A DNA stretch of 63,865 bases, filler included, from Hausera hauseri (lineage: Eukaryota), in the NCBI GenBank assembly GCA_046269625.1. It is 11 parts of 11 records of this genome, joined end to end, with 100 filler letters (N's around TTAATTAATTAA, not from the genome) between each part and the next. Parts side by side here need not be neighbours in the genome. Positions count along the whole stretch, not along the records: positions 22,753 to 28,228 come from JBJURY010246182.1; positions 28,329 to 33,291 come from JBJURY010377035.1; positions 33,392 to 38,411 come from JBJURY010359487.1; 8 more parts are not named here. One strand, written 5' to 3'. Positions 23,890 through 36,189 of the stretch are shown one piece after another. The first letter of the stretch is position 1, and every line of letters begins with the position of its first letter. The notes below the pieces were generated by a model. The model had not been told where the DNA came from. It made no database searches and worked only from the letters and a program-made list of their open reading frames with translations. The position numbers were made by a program, and so were the translations under genes.

Positions 23890-26800
23890 ACCTCAAGAAA
23901 TTCAATTTTTCATACACGGATTACGCTTCACAAATGCGTATCGTTTCTCGACACACAAAAACAAAGATGCGTTAAGGCAATGCTACAACAGCTCGCCACT
24001 TCATATCAGGACGACATTTTTTCATACAACGCAAACATTTTGTGTCCATGGAATAGTCCCATTTAGGATTATTTTCCTACAAACAATGCGAAACTACTAG
24101 CAATCCCCAAACTAAAAGGTGGCGCTGACGCTAATGCGTCCGACAAAATGCCGAAAGTGCTTTAGCGGCACCAGCCAAACCACCCAAATTAGCGTGCCCA
24201 ATCTTCTTCATAGGTTGTAGAGGAACGCCATTTAAGTAGTTCAATGTGTTTGAAACATGGGCTACTCAATGCAACATCACCGACCAACTAAACAAGGCTT
24301 TAACATTAATACAATACCTGCTGCCAACAATGCTCGCAGCAATAACGGATTTGGACACGTTACTGTCAGATGAGAAGCAGCTTGACAAAATCAAAGCAGC
24401 CATATCCAAAGCATATCTGCCATCCCAGCACGACAAATTCAACCTGGTCTTCACCAAGCGGCAGACAAGGAACATGAAACCCTCTGTGTTATTAATTGTA
24501 CGTGAGGAAATGAATATTTCTGTCTTTTATTGTCTATCCGACATACCAAAAAAGAAATACAAATTCCAAAAATGTAAATACAACAACGCTTTTATAAAAA
24601 ACTTATTTTAATTTCAAATTCTACAAAATTGATATTCTATAATTTTTTATTTTACAATTATTTTGTTGTCACACATTATACGTTGATAATTAAAGTTGCA
24701 TTTCAAACTATTAGCTAAACTACAAGATAGTGAATCCGTTTATGAGTCAATCGGTTGTCTTCATCTCGGTCTTTTCTCTTGTTGTGTTTCTTCTGTGACA
24801 TTTTAGTGAGATAAATATTTGATAATTCATATGAGTCATTGCATTCTGAAGGGTTAATTGCTTGAGACATTGATGAAGAAATATTATTTGAGGTATTATG
24901 GTGGGGATTCTGATAATGATCAAGTTCTCTGTTTTGCGATTTTGGAATTAATGATTGAAGTTCTGTGAGGTCGGCGTTTGAGGAATTATTTGAGCAACGC
25001 TCAACCAGATCAACGGACAAACAATTCTTATGATCAAACAAAAGAGACAGAATAGTTTGCAAACACAAATTTCACGAACACAATTTTCGTAAGATTGACT
25101 GTGAAACATTTGGAACCATGTTGCGAAATAGGCGTTTTATGCTTTTGAAATTAACCTGATTATAGCTGATGAGTTTATATTGGATCTGCCGGAAATATCC
25201 TAGAAGATGTTTCATAGAATTATGTGACATTAAGGTGGTTGTCGATTAGGTTAGAGAGAGACTATCACACCGTAATTGCCAATTTTCAAATGAGATCTTA
25301 TTCTTTTTGATTAACAATTTGAGGGACGTGCCGGATGTTTCGAGCATTTGATTTAGTTGGCTTGGTTCCGGTTTCCTTTAGATAAATTTAAGTGACGGCT
25401 AAGACTTATATGCTTAACGGATATTATGCCTATTGTTATTGTTTAATTGGCACATTTTCCTGGATCTTGTCAGCCAAATGTTCAAGGGAATGGAGTAGGT
25501 ATTGTACGGTGATCATTACCAAATACCGACGTTGATGACTAAAGGTCTCCAATTATTCTGAAAAACGTTGGCGAATCAGGAATCAACCATTCCGGAAGAT
25601 AATTCCACGTTTGTGTTAAAATGTGTAAAGTTCAAATCCGTAATGACTGCCGAATTTGGTACAGTTAAAATATGGTGGCGCCCAAGCCCGCGGCACCACA
25701 CTCTGCTCTGCTCCAAAAGTTACGCTCAGACTTTATCACTGTTGAGTTGGACCTTCAGAACAACTAGAAAATACTACGACGCTACTTTCTCAGTAGTTTG
25801 TCAAACGAAATATAAGCGGCACTTGTACTATTACCATCCGATACCACATTGAACGATATGGCACAAAAGCCGATAAAATATATGAGTGCACTAAAGGTAC
25901 CCTAGAATCCGCACTAACGGAAAATATCAACGCCGTCACCGCGGTCCAGCAAAATTAGCTGGACACAATTATCTCTGCCATGTAGGAACTTGTAACGCAC
26001 AAGAATCTGCCAGTTAGGGACAAACCGTCATCTCGGCACCAATCTCCCAAAAGAAAGAAAAGCAAATTTTCAAAAAGTTGCCATTTTCACACACGATTTA
26101 GTGAGTCCACCTATAAATGTTATCATGGTTTCCAATTCGACAAACCATCCGCAAATATAAAATGCAAGACAACTGCACTTATTACAATCACTTCGGTCCA
26201 GATGCAAACACCTGTCAACCAGGCTGCAAATTTTACAAACCGTCAAAAAACTAAATGGAACCAGACGACCAACGGAACGTCGACTGGAAACCCCATTATC
26301 ACAACTGTCGTATAAAAATAGAAAACGTATTGTCAACAGTATTTTCATTCTCAAGGCGGAGGTACTATTTTCTGACATGTCGAAACCACTAGATTTTCTA
26401 ACTGGCTCTGATACAGCTTTATATTTAATACCTAGCGCATACCCTAGACCTACGTTGGTCGCGCATGCATTGCTCAAAGGCTGCCAATGGCAGGCAAATA
26501 GCGACCACACGTACATTGTACTTACAATTTCATCTACAAGGCCGGCCATACTCTTGGTCATTCATATTGGCCGACATCATGCAAACAATCATTGGTTCTG
26601 ACTTTCTAGATCACTACGATCTCACAGTTGATTGCCAAAATTAACAACTCGCCAGCGGGAGCAATCCATTACCTCTATCCGCATTCACCCTAAACATAAA
26701 CGCGGTCACGGGCATAAAAATTGCAAATTCCGTTGACATCGCACCATTTCTCCAAGCGCAAGACCCTAAATTGTTGAAACGCTCAACACAGAAAGAGGTA

Positions 26801-27430
26801 AAAACATCACACTTTTATGTTACATCATGCTATCGTCCGATTCGACAATTCCAAAGGGAGCTTGACCCTGTTAAGGGAGCAGCCGCGGAAGCAGAATTCC
26901 GACACCTTGGAGAAGCAGGCATTATACGCCGCTCTACATCGCCATGGGCATCACCGTTGCACATGGTTCTCAAAAAAGACGGTCCATGCAGGCCTTTTGG
27001 TGACTACAAAATGCTAAATAACGTCGCTGTCCACGATTTTTACCAAACGCCGTTGTTAACCGACATATTGCATCGCCTACACGGTGCCACAATATTCAGC
27101 ACAATCGATCTGGAAAGGGAATACCACCAGATCCCAATCGTTACCAAAGACATTCCAAAACGGCCATAATAACGCCTTTTGCTTTGTTCGAGTATCTATG
27201 CATGCTATTCGGTTTACGGAATGCAAGTCAAACATTTCAACGCCACATCGACTAAGTCCTCATCGACATGCCTTATGCCATCCAATATATAGATGACATA
27301 TTGATTGCATCACCTGATGAAGCGACTCACAAAATAAACCTCGACTACGTTTTTGACCGATTGAATGAAAACAACCTACAAGTGAAAATAAACAAATATT
27401 CATCTTTCAAAACAGAAGCCGTACTTCACG
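23890..27430 (+). mobile_element. Second degenerate Ubl-Gag/pol Ty3/gypsy element, with gag interrupted by a 1214-bp insertion
   Basis: Ubl remnant ends IPKLKGG (24123). Gag WATQCNITD...MKPS|ALLQKL...LRRYFLSSL, two CxxH fingers, A_AAA_AAC, IIGSDFL, STSPWASPLHMV, YIDDILIAS. Confidence 0.88.
24487..25700 (-). mobile_element. Solo-LTR-like insertion (TG...CA) with a 5-bp TSD (CTCTG)
   Basis: CTCTG at 24482-24486 and 25701-25705; removing the insert restores the gag frame MKPSALLQKL. Its minus-strand start matches the post-PPT sequence at 34683 (23/30 nt). Confidence 0.82.
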
Positions 27431-27655
27431 GACTTCGGTTAACACCATATAATCACTGTGAGGAGGAATTGAAACATATATTAAGGCTTAAATTTAATTC
27501 AAAGGTAATACAGTAAACAGTCAACAGAAAGTCAGGAAATTCAGAAAAGAAGGAAAATAAGGCTCATTTCCCGAATGAAGGAGATAAATGTTACATAAAC
27601 TTTTGTAATAAATATCTTATGGATAAATCAATCACCCGGTGATGTTGACGTCGGA

Positions 27656-28228
27656 ATGGTAGAGACGCGATCTACTAACATGGCGATCAATGCTTCAAGA
27701 GACTTCTTCGAGAAGAAATTGATGCCCAAAGAATTCCAGAAAGGTGACAACGTGCAAACCTTTATTGGAAAATGCCAGAGATACTCTGACTTTATAAAGA
27801 TGTCGGAGTCGGATCGGGAAACGGCGGTCCTGTGCCTATTGGCGGACGAAGCATAGGAAAAATACCATCTGGTGAGCCAGAAGGTGAAAGGGTACCAAAA
27901 CCAGTAGAGAAGGGCCTTTGCAAAACCCACAACGCTGTGCCGAGATCTGCGGGACGCATTAGACTACAGAATGAATGGGGCAGAACCGGACGTTTACTTC
28001 AACAAAATCGAATAGCTGGTGAAGGGCATCCTTAGCCACAAAATAACAGCGAAAGCTCTAACAGAGGAATTGATGATCCACTGTTGCGATATTCCGGAAA
28101 TGAGAAAGGAAATCTACCACAGTGACGAAAAAACGTCAAACAAATCAAAGAGAAATACGGAAAGTCCACGAAGTGGCAACAAAGACGGAAGAAATAAACA
28201 CAGTCAGAGAATACACTAGAGAGGGTCG
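27656..28228 (+). mobile_element. Degenerate gag-like ORF of a different LTR element, nested after the truncated RT
   Basis: MVETRS...PKEFQKGDNVQTFIGKCQRY...; helical Gag-like sequence with in-frame stops, starting shortly after the preceding RT breaks off near 27430-27458. Confidence 0.55.
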
Positions 28229-29099
28229 NNNNNNNNNNNNNNNNNNNNNNNNNNNNNNNNNNNNNNNNNNNNTTAATTAATTAANNNNNNNNNNNNNNNN
28301 NNNNNNNNNNNNNNNNNNNNNNNNNNNNAAAGGGCTCCAGCACGCTGACAGACCTGTTCTCTTCCCACAACCCAGAAAGAAGAAATAAAAATGTGCATAA
28401 CTTATTATCAACTGACTACATGGAAACGAGTCGGGGCAGCTGACTGAACTTCTTAAACACCACGGCTCACTCGAAAGTTTAAACGGTCAGGTCCCGTCTC
28501 GGTGTTCCAGTCTTTACAGTACTTTCCGTGAAACGTCCGGGTAACTCCACCTCTGTTTTTACCGTCATCTCAGGGCCTCCAGCCAGCGGTCTGAGCCGGT
28601 GAGACCAGCTCCGTGTCGGACTTCTGCAGCGGAGGTCATGTTCTGCAACACACTCGCTTCTCTTTAGTTTTTTTTTGGTCTATTTCACCATTTCTATCCA
28701 TCGCCTTCATCCATCAAACTCATTAATGGGGATAGTTTTCTTAGTCTTAGAAGTTCATTTCAAATTTTACTTTTGGTCTTATGGGTCGTTGTTGTTCGTT
28801 TTTATCATCAGTTATGTACGTAGGTTTGTATTTATAGGGTGTCAAGTCAATATTTTGTTTCATCTGTTGTAATTGATGTATAGGGTAAAGTCCTGTATGT
28901 ACTACGTATCGGGAGGGCTGAGAGATTCACTAATGGTTGCTCGTTATATAATTGCCAATGATATTTATTCACAGGGTCTAGATGAGGTAAGTCTGTACTT
29001 TTGCTTTCGTGACTTCAATGCCAGTTGTTTAATACTAGTTATTCGATTATGCTTTGCCTTTACTTTTATTTGATCATATTCGATATTGTTATCATTAGG

Positions 29100-30958
29100 T
29101 ATACTATACGGGGAATCTTTTCCGTCTTTCCTTTGTAGAATCTTCCTTTTCCATCGTGCGTCCTGGTTTGCTAGAAAACAATTTGCTACTGCAGGTATGA
29201 CAGCTATTAGAATTTTTCATCAGCATCCTACTGCTGCATGTATTCCATAGGCCTTACTTAGTGCTGTAAATACTGTACGTATAGCACTAATGATAAAATA
29301 TATGGCTAGAAAACCGGACGCTGCTTGGCCAAAATATAAAAATTTTCTTTACATCTTTTCCATTAGGTTTTCCCATTGCGGTGATTCTTCACCATCCCAC
29401 ATTACTCTCCTGGTCAATTCTATTATAACTCTGTCTCTGTTGAGGAAACAACAGCATTAGTCGGTAATCTTCTACATTTTGTTGTGTGTAGATTCCTCCT
29501 TGTGATATTCCTGTTAACGGTTCGAACTTTTGATTCCTGTGCAAATTAATCAAACTTAGTGTCTCCTTATTGGACACGGGTTCTCTTTTTGGTATTCTAA
29601 TCCATTTTTCGTTGTCAATCTTAAACATTGGCGACGTATTGAAGGTACAATTGTATAGTGGAGTAGGCTTCCATTAATATCTAATAGTATTCTAATCACG
29701 GGCATACAATATCTTGCTTCTGCATGATAAATTACAGGCAACTCCATTGTACATTTGTCTACTGGCCTAATTGATACTTCTACCTTCTTACATTCTATTG
29801 TTATCAGTACTTCGCCCATCACTCTTCTGATAATCCCATCGTCAAAGGGCATTACTGGCGCTACCATGTCCAGATTCGTTATTACCAATGTTATTTTGTT
29901 ACGCATTATTTCGTAGTTCAGCTTGCATTCATTCATTATTATCTCTCGATATAAGCCTCTTATCTCTTTCCTTGCATAATTGGTTAGAAAATCAATCTTA
30001 TTATCAAAATATTGTGCTAACTTTATATATTTCTTATCCATTTTAGTTTTTGCTCCAGGTATTTCTTTTGACGATAAGAAAAAACCTTATAGTTGGTTCT
30101 CGATATTTCTTCACTGCATTTATTTACTACTCCAGTGATTTTGAATCGCATCATGTCTTCTGTATTTTCTGAATATACAATTGTAACCACTTCCGTCATC
30201 TTGACTTCCTTTGTTCTTTCTTTATATGTCGCTATCTCTTTATTCGCCGTTTTTTCCACTGTCTTGTTAAACTTTCCTTCTTTAATAACGTCAGTTGGCA
30301 TTTACTGGCAGAGGTTTCCCATGTCATCATCGGCTCTCCAGTATCGTATTCACCGTTATCATACTCACATTCACCCATAGTCGTCATCACTTTCGTTTGA
30401 GTCAAATAGTCCTTCATATACTTTCAACTGGATCTGATAATCTTCTATGGTTACCGTTTTAGGTGCGATGGTACCTCCAACGTCGTAATCCACTCCTTTA
30501 CAAGTGCCTTCCATCATTTTGTCTATCCTTCCTGCCCTAAAAATTCTGGTGTATTTTATTCTATTTCAAACTGCCGGTATATGCGCGTTTTGAATAGTTA
30601 TTATGCCAGTTTTAAAAGCATCCTGGCATTCTGCTCGTGATATTATTATCGGTACGAAAGGTGTTGTGGGCTTAATTATGGCCAAATTTCCAGAGTAAGA
30701 GGCACAATTAAAAAGGAAGAATGATTTCTTTACATAACATTCTCTAATTTTCGCTTTTATGAATTCCGATTCTTGATATACCCAGTAGGTAAGACCACTT
30801 GTCGTTGTTAGCTGTTCCGAGTCGGCTTCTGGACATTTTTCTAAATCAACTAGAGAATACTTTTGTCCTTCGCTAGGTTTAGAGCAATCATAAGCTACTA
30901 TACCCACAGCTTTTGGCATTAATAATGACGTTATTAGGAGAATCTGAAGAATCTCCAT
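29100..30958 (-). pseudogene. Chuvirus (Jingchuvirales)-like class III fusion glycoprotein in env position, degenerate
   Basis: Signal peptide MEILQILLITSLLMPKAVG then IVAYDC...YSLVDLEKC; GEVLITIECKKVEV...CTMELPV; GGIYTQQNVEDYRLMLLFP; TM region FLYFGQAASGFLAIYFII...AYGIHAAVG. Confidence 0.8.
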
Positions 30959-32122
30959 TATTGACATACATGTTATGCCTGGTCTACAGCTGTTTGGCTG
31001 CATCGCCGTTGGCGTATCTATTAATCTTCCTCGTTCCCCTGACCTCACTATATTTTTCATTAGGCTGGTCAGCCATGCTCCTCTACATTGAACTCAATTT
31101 CCTAACGTGTCTTTCAAAATCTTTACGGCTGTCTTTATATTTCGCTCAATTTCTTCTAGATTTTGAGTCTGGTGATTAATTACTATTATTTTGTAGAGGA
31201 GATAGGATATATCCGTTTGAGCTTTCTCTCGCGTGATTCCAGTTACAAACATTTTCTCTAAAATATTTAATTAATGCAATTCATTTATTCTTTCTTCATC
31301 TAGATTCTCATAAAACTGCCTACTTATTCGCAGCATACAATTACGTAATTTTGTGAATAATTCGTCTGGGATTATTACCTGCATATCAATTGAGGCAAAT
31401 GATGTATGTAACTTAGCCAGTAGAGTTCTTAGTAATGGGTCTATATTCCTCTATTCGGGAGTACCATTTGTTCCTACTAACAATAAGCGACATACCATTT
31501 CTTAGTTTATGTCTTTCTTATTACGAATGTCACTTATCTTCGTTCCTTTTGGCTTACCTCTTCTCTTAGCTTCTGTCTGGACTGTAATGTTTTGAGTATC
31601 GCCTGCGGAATTTTCTTCTGTTCCCTGTGGTTCTATTTCCCTTAAGATATTATCCACTTTTGCCTGTGCTCTCGCCTCTGGATATATTTCGGTTATAGCT
31701 ATCGGGTTGTAGTTCTCGTTTCTACATCCAATTGTCAATAATTTCTCATAGCTATGTAGTGCCCTTCCATAATAATCTAATCCCTAAGGACTTCCTTAAT
31801 AAAATGGTTCCAACTCCTCTATCTATTCTCGTAGAGTTTGTATGTCATATGTTTTGTTCATCCTGATGACCCTCATATCTTGGTTTCCTTCTCTTACCGT
31901 TATCCTGTTAGTTTCATTTCTTCCTTTCTCATCTTCGGCAGTTTTGGCTAAAACTGTCCTTGCTATTTCTTTTACAGGACTAGTATCTTGGGCTAGTAAG
32001 ACCAATTGTGGTAAAATTTCATTCATCCTTTCTGCTGTTACTTTGTTAGTAATTACTTTCAACATCGCATCAGTCATTTTATCTACATCGATTATACTAT
32101 TGGGATCGACAATCATTACTGC

Positions 32123-33291
32123 TTAAATAATACCGTCTTCTTCCCGATCTACACCTGGATTCTTTATTACTTGATCTAATATAGCTTCATCAAATATTGG
32201 TATAGCTTGAGCTTCGTCCTTGTCAAATGAGGGTGTACTGAGGTTACTCTTCTTTCTTCCTGTTTTCTTTTCCTTTCCTACCTCTTCCCTCTCTGTTGAT
32301 GTTTCTCTTGATTCAACATCTATGTCGATTATTTTATTATTACCTTTCTTTCTTTCTTTATAAGATACTTGTTTCTCCGGTTGATCTCCTATCATATAAA
32401 TATTATTTTCTTTCAGTCTGTGCTGATGTCTTCTATAATCTTTCAATTCTATTTCTAATTGCTTCTTCATGCGTTGGGATAGTGTATCATTTATATAATT
32501 AACACTTTCTTTCTTTTTATCCTTTTTCTTAACTTCGTGTTCACTAACACTATCGTCCATTTCGTATTCTTTATCGGATGATTTATTTGACGTGGCTGAT
32601 GTGTGATCTTTCTTATGTTGTTTATTTTTATTACTTGATTTCGAGGAGTCTCCTCTACGTTATCTGCATGATTTCGCTATATGTCCGTATTTATTACAAT
32701 TAAAATATTTCAGTCGTTCTTCGGAATCTATGTTCGGTAATGCCCTTCTATTTTTTTTTATTTCCTCTTATAACTTGTCTTTTCTCCATCGTTTCGTAAA
32801 TTAAATTTTACTTTCTTTTCTGCGTCTGACTCGGCTTCTGTGGCTGACGTTTGTAAATGGCTTCTATTTCTTTCATAACGTTTGGTACTTTTGAGTATTA
32901 TTGTTTCTTCTTTTATCATAACCATTATTGCTGCTTTTAGACTTATTCCACCTATATAATTCCTCATCTCGTTCGGCTTTTCGCGCCTTTCTTATTGCTT
33001 CTTGAAACGTAAGTGGATTTGCTTGTAAAATTATCGTCCTTAGCCTTTCTTCTAATCCATATTGGAATTGGGCTAACAATGCGTCAGGATATGCTCTCGC
33101 TGCAAGTTTTTCCAATGCACTGACAAAGTCCTGGACTGTTTCATCTTTACGTTGCTTTCTTATGAACTCCTCGATTCTCCCCTTTCCAGAGGGATCTATT
33201 AAAAACTTCTGAGACAGTCTTTCTTTAATTCCCTTCCTGTCCTTCTTGTCCTCATCTGACATTTGGAAATATATCACGAGAGCAGTCCCTT
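32123..33291 (-). mobile_element. Degenerate Ty3/gypsy-type gag upstream of the env-like gene
   Basis: RKQRKDETVQDFVSALEKLAARAYP...QFQYGL...PLTFQEAIRKA; degenerate CCHC knuckle YFNCNKYGHIAKSC at about 32665-32706. Confidence 0.8.
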
Positions 33292-33391
33292 NNNNNNNNN
33301 NNNNNNNNNNNNNNNNNNNNNNNNNNNNNNNNNNNTTAATTAATTAANNNNNNNNNNNNNNNNNNNNNNNNNNNNNNNNNNNNNNNNNNNN

Positions 33392-34682
33392 CATTCCGCC
33401 TTCTCAAACGTCACGTAACATGGCCATCAATGAGGTCTGATGTACAGAGTTGGGTTAGGCAATGCGTACCTTGCCAAAAATTCAAAGTTGCTAAATATCT
33501 TAAACCGCCATTATTCCATTTTCCATGTACATCCCGTTTTGAGTCAGTTCACATAGATATCGTCGGCCCATTACCTTCTGATAACGGCCACCAATTCATT
33601 TTAACAATGATGGACCGCGCGTCTCGTTGGCCTGAAGCCGTCCCTTTGCGCTCCATCAACACAGACTCGATTGCCGACGCATTCATAAGGATTTGGATTA
33701 GCCGTTTCGGTTCACCTCGCCATATAATTACAGACCAAGGTTCCCAATTTGAATCGAACCTATTCAAATCTCTAGTTAATCGACTGGGCATAAATCACAT
33801 ACACACAACTCCATATCATCCCCAGTCGAACGGCTTATTGGAACGCTTTCATCGCACTCTGAAGATCTCGTTAAAAATTCTCTCCGAAACTCATAAGAAT
33901 TGAACAACCATTTTCCCTTTTGTTTTACTCGGTTGGCGCAACACGCCGTCTACTACTACCGGTTGCGAACCCCCTGAAGCACTTTTCGGTACCACAATTC
34001 GCGCACTTTTTGAACTCACCGATTTGGGCAACACACCAACTGACGAAACAATTAAGTCTGAACAAAGTCACTTCGTTCAATTAAGCCAAGATTCTTTCTG
34101 CAAAATAGTACATGGTGACAAATCATACTTACTGACTCGCTATTTAATGCAAAGTTCGTGTGGATAAAAAATTCTTCACCTTTCGGATTTTTAGCACACT
34201 ATTTAAGAACATTGAAAGTTCTCAATATTCTCACATTTACAATACTCAAAAACGATAAAGAACAAAATGTGCACATATCTAACGTAAAACCTGCATTTTT
34301 CGTTAATGACACACCGGATCCAACAACTACCTCTACATATACCTTCATTGACTCCTTCAATCCTTCTTCTGTTCTACCTCCACGACAACCTGCTACTCCG
34401 GAACACGCATAAATACAAAAAACTACGTTAAACGACATACCGACTAGTTCTCAAGCTACTGACACGTCAAATCAAAATTTAAGTTCCTCCCAACCAACTC
34501 AGCAAACAATTGAACAACACGGTAAAAAACAACAGTCCCTTTCAGAAAATACAGCAGATAACAAAATATCGACAAAATTCAAAGTCTTGTCCATACAAAG
34601 ACTCTACAGTTCGCCTACACATCTCTGTTTTGTTTCCTTACATTTTTTACATTAACAGTGTCATTTTCGTAACGGGGAGTAG
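33392..34682 (+). mobile_element. Ty3/gypsy integrase remnant (same family as contig 1) ending in a PPT
   Basis: Close protein match to 2355-3300 (VHIDIVGPLP, ITDQGSQFES, PYHPQSNGLLERFHRT); GGGGAGTAG at 34674-34682. Confidence 0.93.
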
Positions 34683-34712
34683 TGTATTGTCGCGGACTCG
34701 GGCGTCACCACA
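34683..34712 (+). mobile_element. 5' terminus of the 3' LTR (30-nt hairpin-like unit)
   Basis: TGTATTGTCGCGGACTCGGGCGTCACCACA directly after the PPT; homologous to the end of the solo-LTR-like insertion. Confidence 0.7.
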
Positions 34713-34842
34713 ATCCACAATATTACGAAGTTATCAAAGAACCCATCGATTTACGGAAAATTGCTCGGCGAATAAAATTATCGGTATATTTGACGATTAA
34801 TGATGTTGAAAGGGATTTCCTACTCATGATAAAAAATGCCAC
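34710..34842 (+). pseudogene. Bromodomain fragment (polybromo-like)
   Basis: PQYYEVIKEPIDLRKIARRIKLSVYLTINDVERDFLLMIKNA fits the ZA loop/helix A/helix B consensus and stops right after KNA. Confidence 0.8.
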
Positions 34843-36189
34843 CGAAACCATTATGCAAACCCATGACCGAAAGTGCAACATAAACGTTTTTTCCAAGATG
34901 GCCGAAGAGAACATACTGATAAAATTGCTTTTACTCCATCACTTTCATATGCCGAAAAATTGCTTTTAAGGAAGCATCGTAACAATCAACTTGTAGCAGA
35001 AGATATGAAGTTTATTTTCAGCCGGCTTGCAAATAGTAATAGTAAAGCAATGGAAGACCAAAAATTGATGGACACATTTATTGATGCAGATAAGTCATTA
35101 CAGTACAATTCAACAGTGGCTGCTGTTGACATGTGCCACCTAAATATTTCAGCAATTTCAGATCTTTCGTTACAAATGTCTGATATGTCAAATTTATCTG
35201 AAAATAATAATAACTCAACTTCTGACTTTAACACTGAAGATATTACTGAGCCATTTGCGACACCAAATGGGCACCATCATATACAGGAGGATACGACAAA
35301 AGCCTCAGTAAAAGATGTTCAACAAACAAATGTGGATAAAGATAATATAGTCCGTAAATTAGAAATCCATGATGATATTCACACCAATGAAAGAAAGCAG
35401 CATAAGGAAGAAAACCGTATTAAGTCTCTAAACTCTGGACGAATGTTTAACGATCGTCCTCATTCTAGTCGTCGAATGTCTGCCAGAAGTAGTAGAGGCG
35501 GAAAAATAACTACACAACCTTCAACACTTCTGAATATTTTGGCAGATTTTAGCACATCTTCCATATTAATTTCAGTCAAAAAATTCATCCAATTTTATAT
35601 CTAATGAAAAGCCAAGATCAACAAGTACTAATTCGTCAATATCATAAAAATGAGGTATAATTTTTACAAATTACCTCCAAATTCATGGAAGCCTACTCAA
35701 GCATGGGCTGATAGTTCAATTTTGTCAAACGATGAAATGATCTCTGGAAATTATGATTTCAGAATGGAATATGTAAATAATTGATTGCTATTGAATGTAA
35801 AATTTGAATAAAGTTTCCCGTTTATTAAATCTGGTTATTTCTTCAATGGAATTTATTATATACAAATTTCTTGCTAATGTTAAGAATAAAGGAATGGTGT
35901 CAGAATATCAACTATCAAAAATGCAGACTGATCGGATTATATTTCATCAGTACGATAAAAGTGATAATTTGGAATATTTTATAAATTGGAAATCGGTGGA
36001 TTATCGATCTTTGATTCCGGAATCGGCAGAAAGTGCTTTTCAACCACTGTCCGAACGAGCTATAGCAACCTACAAGGACGGTCTTCGTTACCGAACGTTT
36101 CCTGATACAGAAAATCCATTTTTCGACAAAGTCCGATATTCGAACCGATCACGTTAGACTATTTATTTGGTTCTCCGGATTACAATTTA

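Noticed and set aside
25270-25480. Kinesin motor-end similarity (NARNIRHVPQIVN) in the solo-LTR cargo
   Set aside because: The match is too short and the upstream kinesin motifs are not recoverable.
31085-31140. BEL/Pao integrase end (FERHVRKL) before env
   Set aside because: The motif is isolated with no upstream integrase core, and another frame is equally plausible.
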